Origin: a virus
Taxonomy: Duplodnaviria; Caudoviricetes
Direction: 5' to 3' (one strand)
DNA length: 64,000 nt
Virus record (IMG/VR): IMGVR_UViG_3300027917_004314
Part shown: in pieces, positions 57,344-64,000 of the stretch
Position numbering within the stretch: the first letter of the stretch is position 1
Layout: every line of letters begins with the position of its first letter
Translations under genes and position numbers: made by a program
Notes under the pieces: model-generated
Seen by the model: the letters and a program-made list of their open reading frames with translations, nothing else
Databases searched by the model: none
What the model was told of the DNA's origin: nothing

Positions 57344-58018
57344 ATGAAGATCATTATAACAGGCTCCGAAGGAATAATCGGACAGAAGCTAGTTCCATTA
57401 CTTACAGGTAATGGTCATAAAATTGTTAAGTGCGATAGGGATTTGGGGCATGATCTTTCCGATAAAAAATGCGTGGAGAGTTTTTTTGAAACACACCGTG
57501 CCGATGCCCTGATAAATCTATTCGCTCTGGATGATAAATTAACAAATAACACAAAATCTGACACGGTCTGGGACTTTTCTTTAGATTTATTCATGGAATA
57601 TATGGAAACAAATGTAGTATCGCTTTTTTCTGTGTGCCGAGAATTTGCCAAACATAATGATTCTGGGAGTATAATAAATTTTTCGTCGATTTATGGAGTA
57701 GTTTCTCCTGATTATTCGTTATATGAGTTAAACAAACATAAACATATTGGCTATTGTGTGTCTAAAGCAGCAGTTCTTCAAATGTCAAGATATTTAGCAG
57801 TTCATTTAGTGCCGTGTAGAGTAAACAGTATCGTTTGTGGGGCAATTGAAAACAAGCAAGAGTTAAAATTTGTTGAACGTTTTTCCAAGCGAGTTCCAAT
57901 TGGCAGAATGATGAGTGCCGATGAATTGGTTGGTTTGGTAGAATATCTCTGTTCTAATAAGTCATCTTATTGTACTGGCGGAGAATTTACTATTGATGGT
58001 GGATATACCATATGGTGA
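57344..58018 (+). CDS. Short-chain dehydrogenase/reductase
   Basis: IITGSEGIIG, GSIINFSSIYG, YCVSKAA, RVNSI..G, GRM, YCTG..FTIDGGYT. Confidence 0.85.
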   Translation: MKIIITGSEGIIGQKLVPLLTGNGHKIVKCDRDLGHDLSDKKCVESFFETHRADALINLFALDDKLTNNTKSDTVWDFSLDLFMEYMETNVVSLFSVCREFAKHNDSGSIINFSSIYGVVSPDYSLYELNKHKHIGYCVSKAAVLQMSRYLAVHLVPCRVNSIVCGAIENKQELKFVERFSKRVPIGRMMSADELVGLVEYLCSNKSSYCTGGEFTIDGGYTIW

Positions 58019-58022
58019 AAAA

Positions 58023-58901
58023 ATGATGAAAGTTTCCGTAGTTATTTCAGTTTGTGATAATCGAACCAATTTTTTTGAGAGATCTCTACATACGTGGTCT
58101 AATCAAACTCTACCAAAAAATGAATTCGAGTTAATTATTGTAGATGATGCCTCACGTGATGATATCAAGGATCTATGTTTTAAATTTCATGAAGAAACCG
58201 GCATGCAATTTCAATATATTAAAATAGATAGCTCTAAGTGTGACGTACCAATAACGACCTTTTTACCCATACTTACTAATAATGTGGGAATTAGAAAATC
58301 TAAAGGTGATGTTATCGTGATAACTGGACCGGAGACTTTACAGGGAAAAGGAAACTTGCTAATAGCCTCTAGCATGATTGATAGGCGAGAATGCGCATAT
58401 GGTCTGTGTTATAAATCTAACACTGAGTTTGTTGGAGAGTTGGATAAGAACTGGGATAAATATAAAGATTTACATATGTCTGGCTTACTCAGAATGAAGG
58501 GGGCTGCTGTTTCTTGTTTGACGCGTCCTCCGCATCCACCAGCATATTGGTATATAATGGCAGTAGCAAAGAAACATATAGAGCGGATTGGAGGAGTAGA
58601 TGAGGCTTTTGGCACTGGTTATTGTGCTGAAGATGATGATTTTGCAAATAGAATGCGTATGTCGGGCATAATACCCGTTTTTGAACATAAAATTATAGGT
58701 ATACATCAAGATCATTCAGCCCAAGATGCTAAAGATAAAGTACACTCAGTAAGAAACGAGGAAAGGGGAAGACGCCTTAGACAAAAAAATATAGCGCTCA
58801 TGAGAAAAAACTTACGTGAGGGAAAAATGATCGCTAATCAAGATCATGTTTGGGGAGATGAAAAAGTCATAACTTTTTCTGAAATGTGGTGTCAAAAATG
58901 A
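58023..58901 (+). CDS. GT2-like glycosyltransferase (paralog of 37405-38934 C-domain)
   Basis: FELIIVDDAS, ITGPETLQ, GGVDEAF, AEDDDFANRMR, GIHQDH (track start 57993). Confidence 0.8.
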   Translation: MMKVSVVISVCDNRTNFFERSLHTWSNQTLPKNEFELIIVDDASRDDIKDLCFKFHEETGMQFQYIKIDSSKCDVPITTFLPILTNNVGIRKSKGDVIVITGPETLQGKGNLLIASSMIDRRECAYGLCYKSNTEFVGELDKNWDKYKDLHMSGLLRMKGAAVSCLTRPPHPPAYWYIMAVAKKHIERIGGVDEAFGTGYCAEDDDFANRMRMSGIIPVFEHKIIGIHQDHSAQDAKDKVHSVRNEERGRRLRQKNIALMRKNLREGKMIANQDHVWGDEKVITFSEMWCQK

Positions 58902-59467
58902 AATTACATCTAGGGTGCGGCGCGATACTTTTAAAAGGATATATTAACGTGGATATCGATCCTAAATATTTGACAAAAGACGCACCTTTTGAAATCTTAG
59001 AACAAAACATCACTACTATTGAGAAATATTATAAACACGAATTTTGTAAAGGATCTGGCGTTTGTGTCGCCGACGTTAAAGCAGCCATCGATGATCTTCC
59101 GTTTGATGCTGAATCCTGTGACGAAGTGGTTCTTATACATGTTCTGGAACATGTCCCTAGTTATAATGTAACTAAGGTTTTAAACGAAATTAATAGAGTA
59201 CTTAAAAATAAAGGAACATTCCATTTAGGTGTGCCCGACTTAAAAGAAACTGCACGAGGCTTAATTAAAGCGAAATCTCCTGAAGAAGAAGATTGGTATA
59301 TGAGATTGATATATGGTACACAAAGAAGCGAATGGTCACATCATTATTGTGGGTACACAGAAAGAACTATTAAAAACTTGGTCTTTGATCATGGGTTTGC
59401 TGGATATGAGAAATTACCCAATATTAACTTTTATCCTGCTATACATTTTAAAACTTTTAAGGAATAA
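58898..59467 (+). CDS. Class I SAM-dependent methyltransferase (type 11-like)
   Basis: MKLHLGCG, GYINVDI, LPF, HVLEH, RVLK..G; ATGA overlap. Confidence 0.85.
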   Translation: MKLHLGCGAILLKGYINVDIDPKYLTKDAPFEILEQNITTIEKYYKHEFCKGSGVCVADVKAAIDDLPFDAESCDEVVLIHVLEHVPSYNVTKVLNEINRVLKNKGTFHLGVPDLKETARGLIKAKSPEEEDWYMRLIYGTQRSEWSHHYCGYTERTIKNLVFDHGFAGYEKLPNINFYPAIHFKTFKE

Positions 59468-59578
59468 GGCAACATTCAGTGGGGTCCACAAGAAAATAAA
59501 CATTATGAAAAATAAGTTATCTGATGAAGAGTTTATAAAATTATGTTGTTTGGTATCAAAATATTCGGAGAAAAGATA

Positions 59579-60520
59579 ATGAAAATATTAGTAACTGGTG
59601 GTACTGGATTTCTTGGAAAATATGTTGTAACGGAAATCGAAAAAAGAAAATATAAAATAAAAGCAATTGGTAGTAATCATGACCTTACTCAGTTTGGTGT
59701 GGCTACAAAAATTGTTGACAGTTACCGCCCAAATGTGATAGTGCATTTGGCAGCTGCGTGTGGCGGAATCAAGGCAAACATAAATTGTCCTGGAAACTTT
59801 TTTAGAGATAATATATTAATGGGGATTAATATAATAGACGCTGCACGTTTATTAAAAGTAGAAAAAATTATATATGTTGGTACAACATGTAGTTATCCTA
59901 AAAATACTCCTGTTCCATTTCGTGAAGAAAACATATGGAGTAATTTCCCAGAAAAAACGAATGCTCCATATGGCATTGCCAAAAGGGCTTTGCTCGTTAT
60001 GTTACAAGCATATCGAAAACAATATGGATTAAATGGTATCTATCTCATACCGTCCAATCTATATGGACCTGGAGACCATTTTGATTTAGAAAATTCTCAT
60101 GTTATTCCCGCACTTATAAGAAAGTTTTATGAGGCAAAAATAAATGGGGAAAAGGCTGTGGAGATTTGGGGTACTGGTAATGCTTGTAGAGAATTTCTAT
60201 ACGCAAAAGATGCTGCCACAGGCATCGTAGATGCGATGGAAAAATATAATGGGAATGATCCTGTTAACTTAGGAACCGGCTGCGAAATTTCAATTCGCGA
60301 TTTGGTTACACTTATTAAGAAAAAAGTCGACTTTAATGGCGATATTGAATGGAATACTAAGATGCCAGATGGTCAACCCAGACGTTGCTTGGATGTATCC
60401 AAAGCTGCAGAATTTTTTGGTTTTCGTGCCTCGACCTCTCTTAGTGATGGGCTAGATGAAACAATTCAGTGGTATATTGATAATAGGGAAAATATTTTAA
60501 AAGGAGAAACAGAAGCGTGA
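59579..60520 (+). CDS. fcl: GDP-L-fucose synthase family (Fcl/WcaG; possibly ColC-type)
   Basis: ILVTGGTGFLG, HLAAACGGI..N, TCSYPK, YGIAK, PSNLYGPGDHFD..NSHVIPALIRKF, REFLY, DGQPRR.LD. Confidence 0.9.
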   Translation: MKILVTGGTGFLGKYVVTEIEKRKYKIKAIGSNHDLTQFGVATKIVDSYRPNVIVHLAAACGGIKANINCPGNFFRDNILMGINIIDAARLLKVEKIIYVGTTCSYPKNTPVPFREENIWSNFPEKTNAPYGIAKRALLVMLQAYRKQYGLNGIYLIPSNLYGPGDHFDLENSHVIPALIRKFYEAKINGEKAVEIWGTGNACREFLYAKDAATGIVDAMEKYNGNDPVNLGTGCEISIRDLVTLIKKKVDFNGDIEWNTKMPDGQPRRCLDVSKAAEFFGFRASTSLSDGLDETIQWYIDNRENILKGETEA

Positions 60521-61530
60521 AAAAGAAAACTGCATTAATAACTGGCGTTGCTGGACAGGCTGGAAGTTATATGGCTGAGTTTCTTTTGGAAAAAGATTAT
60601 GAGGTTGTTGGTGTAATTAGACGAAACGCAACGAGAAATTTAGGCACTGTAGCCCATTTAGAGAGCGAAATAGATATAGTAGAGGGCGATGTAACAGATA
60701 TGTCTTCTATGTTGAAGATAATACAGGATGTCCGCCCAAAAGAATTATACAATCTTGCTGCTCAATCTCATGTCCATACAAGTTTTGAACAACCCGTGGC
60801 GGCAATAAATATTAATACGCTTGGGGTAATTAATATATTAGAAACAGTTAAGGTATTAGGGTATTCTACCAGAATATATCAGGCTAGCACTTCTGAATTG
60901 TGGGGGTCTTCGCCCCCGCCCCAAAATGAAGAAACAATAATGCAACCACAATCGCCTTATGCCATAGCTAAACTGGCGGCTCATTGGTTAGTTAAACTTT
61001 ATAGAAAAGCATATAAAATGTATTGTTGCTGTGGCATAACTCACAACTTTGAAAGTCCCAGAAGAGGGCCGCTTTTTGTTACAAGAAAAATTTCGATGGG
61101 CGTCGCAAAATGTCTACAAAATTCCAAATACAAACTAAAACTGGGCAATTTAAATGCTCAAAGGGATTGGGGATATTGTCCAGATTATGTGAAGGGCTGG
61201 TGGCAAATGCTTCAACAAGAAACGCCCGATGATTTTGTTTTTGCCACAAACGAAATGCATTCCGTAAAAGAGTTTTGTGAAATAGCGTTTTCACACGTAG
61301 GTTTGAACTGGGAAGATTATGTAGAAGTAGATAGATTTCTTCGGAGACCAGCAGAAGTAGAGGCTTTGTGTGGCGACTATTCTAAAGCTAAAGAAATTTT
61401 AGGTTGGGAACCTAAAATAAAATTTGAGGAACTGGTTAAAATTATGGTTGAACATGATTGTAAACTTTTAGGAGTATATCCAGATGCGAGTGATAAACAC
61501 GACTGCGAAACTGAACCTATGTTTGAATAA
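60517..61530 (+). CDS. gmd: GDP-mannose 4,6-dehydratase
   Basis: ALITGVAGQAGSY, YNLAAQSHV..SFEQP, YQASTSE, SPYAIAK, ESPRRG..FVTRKI, LGNLNAQRDWG. Confidence 0.95.
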   Translation: MKKKTALITGVAGQAGSYMAEFLLEKDYEVVGVIRRNATRNLGTVAHLESEIDIVEGDVTDMSSMLKIIQDVRPKELYNLAAQSHVHTSFEQPVAAININTLGVINILETVKVLGYSTRIYQASTSELWGSSPPPQNEETIMQPQSPYAIAKLAAHWLVKLYRKAYKMYCCCGITHNFESPRRGPLFVTRKISMGVAKCLQNSKYKLKLGNLNAQRDWGYCPDYVKGWWQMLQQETPDDFVFATNEMHSVKEFCEIAFSHVGLNWEDYVEVDRFLRRPAEVEALCGDYSKAKEILGWEPKIKFEELVKIMVEHDCKLLGVYPDASDKHDCETEPMFE

Positions 61531-61786
61531 AAAATTAAAATTCCACCCAGATTATATAAAGTGGTTAAGTACCTGGGACTCAAATATTACTAGAAGTCCA
61601 ACATTTATAATTCATGATTTTTGCTTTTCAGATAAGCATAAAGCATTTTGGCTCAGGTTGTATTGCCAAGGACGTACGAAAGATTTGGAATATTGGATTA
61701 CGCCGGACAATAAAATGTATATATTGCCGGGAGTAACTACATTTTTAAGAAATTATGATGGTAAAGTATTTATAAATACAGAGTAA
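61484..61786 (+). CDS. Small hypothetical protein (start uncertain, possibly TTG 61523)
   Basis: Fills the gap after gmd; distant similarity to the next ORF. Confidence 0.5.
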   Translation: MRVINTTAKLNLCLNKKLKFHPDYIKWLSTWDSNITRSPTFIIHDFCFSDKHKAFWLRLYCQGRTKDLEYWITPDNKMYILPGVTTFLRNYDGKVFINTE

Positions 61787-61790
61787 AGGA

Positions 61791-62054
61791 ATGAAAATTC
61801 TAAATACTGATAAATTTAAAGTAGAGATTGGGGATAAAATAGAATTAAATCACAACTATAAAAAAATTTTAAAGAATTATAAAGATACTTTTTATATTGT
61901 AAAAAATATAACATATGTTAAAGAAGAGTTGTGGTTGGAAGTTTTAGATTCCAGTGGAAAACCATGGTTTATTGATATAACACCAAACAACAGACTTTTG
62001 CCGAAAGAAAAGTTCATGAACTATAAGGGTAGAGTAATAAGGAAAATAAGGTGA
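61791..62054 (+). CDS. Small hypothetical protein
   Basis: 87 aa, AAGGA RBS; N-terminus paralogous to the next ORF. Confidence 0.6.
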   Translation: MKILNTDKFKVEIGDKIELNHNYKKILKNYKDTFYIVKNITYVKEELWLEVLDSSGKPWFIDITPNNRLLPKEKFMNYKGRVIRKIR

Positions 62055-62395
62055 AAATTGTAAATCCAAATAGATTTTTAGTACGTGTCGGTGATATGTT
62101 AGAATACAATCAAAAAGCAATAGATTATATTAATGTTTTCAAGAAAAAATTGGGGCATAAAATAATGCCTTCTGCCCCTGAACTTAATAAGCAAAATCCA
62201 ACTGTTAAAAAATATGAAAAAGGTGTGGCTAGTAATGGAGAAAAATTTATAGAATTGTGGGTTGAACACAATGATAAATATACTGGATTTTCTGGTGTTG
62301 TTTGGGGTCCAAAAACAGATGTGTGGTGCCTAGATTTAGATGGCAGCATTAATGGATGTCCAGATCCTTTGTTTAAAAGGAAAATTGTAAATTAG
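62051..62395 (+). CDS. Small hypothetical protein
   Basis: 114 aa, GTGA overlap; MKIVN..RF.V.VGD.LEYN. Confidence 0.6.
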   Translation: MKIVNPNRFLVRVGDMLEYNQKAIDYINVFKKKLGHKIMPSAPELNKQNPTVKKYEKGVASNGEKFIELWVEHNDKYTGFSGVVWGPKTDVWCLDLDGSINGCPDPLFKRKIVN

Positions 62396-62405
62396 GGGGA
62401 GATTA

Positions 62406-63206
62406 ATGTCTATTGGAATATTTGTGCCCTGTTTTAATGTGAGACCTTATATTAGAGAATCACTAGAAAGCATTTTAAAACAAACTTACAAAGATTGGGA
62501 GCTTGTTATTATAGATGATTGTTCTACAGATGGTACTTATGAAAAACTTAAAAGTTTTCGTACGTGGCTTTCTGATGATAATTTCTCCATTCATCAAAGA
62601 GAAAGTCATTGTGGCTTAATAGGTAAAGTTAAAAACGAGGCCATCTCCAAGTTTACTAGAGAGCATGAATATATATGTCATGTTGGCTCAGATGATATAA
62701 TACCAGAATATTGTTTACAAGTATGTGTAGATTATATGGATAAACATCCAGAAATAGGAGCGTGCTGTGGAAACTTTGTATGTTTTGACGACCAAGGTAA
62801 CAAATGGACTTTTCCGCATGTGGCAAACAGCGGAGACTATGATCCAAGTGTCCTTCTTCGATATATGTGTTTATTTCCCCACAGATTTTATCGTCGGTCT
62901 GTGGTAGAACAAGTTGGTGGATATTCAAATGAACTTAGTTCTGCTGTTGATTATGACCTTGCTTTAAAACTAGATGAGGTAACTCAAATACATAGAATAA
63001 AAGATCCAATTACATATTATTATCGGCAACATGCACAGCAAGTTTCTACAAGAGCGCGACCCGAACAGGATGCAAATGCTAAAAAAGCCTTAAAAGCTGC
63101 CCTTGAGAGAAGAAATATAGATGCGATTGTTAAAAATGAAAAAATGCCCTTTGAAATTAAATATATAGAAGAAGAACATTTTATATGGGGAGGCGGCGGT
63201 GAGTAG
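62406..63206 (+). CDS. GT2 family glycosyltransferase
   Basis: IFVPCFN...YIRESLESILKQTYKDWELVIIDDCSTDGT, HVGSDD, VGGY, AVDYDL, YYRQH. Confidence 0.9.
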   Translation: MSIGIFVPCFNVRPYIRESLESILKQTYKDWELVIIDDCSTDGTYEKLKSFRTWLSDDNFSIHQRESHCGLIGKVKNEAISKFTREHEYICHVGSDDIIPEYCLQVCVDYMDKHPEIGACCGNFVCFDDQGNKWTFPHVANSGDYDPSVLLRYMCLFPHRFYRRSVVEQVGGYSNELSSAVDYDLALKLDEVTQIHRIKDPITYYYRQHAQQVSTRARPEQDANAKKALKAALERRNIDAIVKNEKMPFEIKYIEEEHFIWGGGGE

Positions 63207-64000
63207 AAAGAAAAAGACGAAAATCTTAGTGTGTGGGTCGGCCCAGTTTTTGATATCAAATTTTATACGTTACATTTTGTATAGGTCACAAGATTATAAC
63301 ATTGTAAGCGTAGATAATTTAGAAAAGCCATCCGACATTAAAAGAATTTATTTTCATAAAAATCATAGGTTTTATGTTGGTGATTCATCCGATGAATATT
63401 TTATAGATAGGATATTTTATATAGAGAGGCCTAATATAATAATATGTGGCGATGAACAGCTTGATTATGAAAAATTATTAAAAACGGCGCAAAATTTAAT
63501 TAAATTTAATGTGCCTATTATTACAATATCTCCAACCGTATGTTGTGGTGAAGGAAATGATTTATATGGGATCTATAGCTCTGTAGATAAATTTATTACA
63601 ACTAATAGAGGTATGGTAATAAGGTTACCAAATAGATTTGGAATGCGACAAAGACCAAGTATGCTTGAAAAGCAAGGAGTAAATCTGGCGTATATTATGG
63701 GCTGCGTTTTAAATAAAATTTATTTTAAAGTTAATAATGTTGAGTTACCTTGGGTATATGCTGAAGATGTTGCATCTTTTCTTTGGTATTCAATAGAGAA
63801 TTATCAAAAGGGCGAGACCATTTATATGCCGCCGCTTGGATTGAAGAGTGGTAAAGATATAGTTGAAAAAGTAATTGAAATGTATAACTTAAAGTCTGTT
63901 CCACATTGCGTTGAAGAAATTCCTAATGCAAATTGTGGTAATGAAGTTTATCGTATGGTTGGATGGATTCCAGATTCACAAGATATGGAGCATGCTTTAG
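63199..64000 (+). CDS. Degenerate NDP-sugar dehydratase/epimerase-like protein (3'-partial)
   Basis: Not in the ORF track because it runs off the window. Translated by hand from GTG 63199: KILVCGSAQFLISNFIRYIL..DYNIVSVDNL, FYVGD, RLPNRFG.RQ, LPWVYAEDVA; open to 64000. Confidence 0.65.
   Translation, partial: MSRKKKTKILVCGSAQFLISNFIRYILYRSQDYNIVSVDNLEKPSDIKRIYFHKNHRFYVGDSSDEYFIDRIFYIERPNIIICGDEQLDYEKLLKTAQNLIKFNVPIITISPTVCCGEGNDLYGIYSSVDKFITTNRGMVIRLPNRFGMRQRPSMLEKQGVNLAYIMGCVLNKIYFKVNNVELPWVYAEDVASFLWYSIENYQKGETIYMPPLGLKSGKDIVEKVIEMYNLKSVPHCVEEIPNANCGNEVYRMVGWIPDSQDMEHAL

Larger units (their letters stand above)
33571..64000 (+). other. Phage-borne glycan biosynthesis/modification island (continues beyond window)
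   Basis: About 30 consecutive + strand genes, many with ATGA/TAATG overlaps; nearly all are GTs, NDP-sugar enzymes, methyl-/sulfo-transferases or radical SAM proteins. Confidence 0.9.

Noticed and set aside
59313-59579. 88-aa ORF overlapping the methyltransferase; possible 24-aa peptide from ATG ~59505
   Set aside because: Mostly overlaps a real gene. The short version has a TAATG coupling to fcl but no other support.
54-63259. Numerous minus-strand and alternate-frame ORFs in the track (e.g. 3765-4277, 15474-16130, 32388-32786, 47204-47566)
   Set aside because: They lie antisense to or inside well-supported + strand genes, have no motifs or RBS, and are typical shadow ORFs of low-complexity or biased coding DNA.
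1-64000. CRISPR array, tRNA or rRNA genes
   Set aside because: No regularly spaced repeats or cloverleaf-like sequences seen; intergenic gaps are nearly all too short.
1-64000. Stop-codon reassignment as in some large phages
   Set aside because: Very long ORFs are intact under code 11, and TAA, TAG and TGA all terminate genes at sensible boundaries.

Overview
The whole 64 kb reads as one co-oriented (+ strand) segment of a large tailed bacteriophage (contractile-tailed, jumbo-like gene sizes). It uses the standard genetic code, GGAGG-type ribosome-binding sites and stem-loop/U-tract terminators. No capsid, replication or host-type housekeeping genes fall in the window, so the phage assignment rests on the tail module. 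Part 1 (1-33436) is a near-complete contractile tail module: sheath (5'-partial), two paralogous tubes, a tail-assembly chaperone with a clear -1 frameshift signal, tape measure, tube initiator, very large hub and spike, gp25-like and baseplate-J-like wedges, a 2270-aa wedge/LamG protein, a dockerin-bearing protein, a repeat-containing fibre and a polyglycine adhesin-like protein. Part 2 (33571-64000, open at the end) follows a terminator and a ribbon-helix-helix regulator. It is a >30 kb, translationally coupled glycan-biosynthesis island: about 12 glycosyltransferase-like genes (one split by a LAGLIDADG intein, one GT29 sialyltransferase-like, one exostosin-like), a ulosonic-acid synthase/cytidylyltransferase cassette, a Gmd+ColD+Fcl (colitose/fucose) pathway, a sulfotransferase, about six SAM methyltransferase domains and two radical SAM enzymes. 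The most striking unexplained pattern is a strong enrichment of D-[G/A/S]-Y tripeptides (including DGYDGYDGY and DAYDAY) confined to five outer baseplate/fibre proteins just upstream of the island. My hypothesis is that this is a tyrosine-modification sequon for a phage-encoded virion glycosylation (or sulfation) system. All family calls come from motif recognition by eye; no database searches were run.
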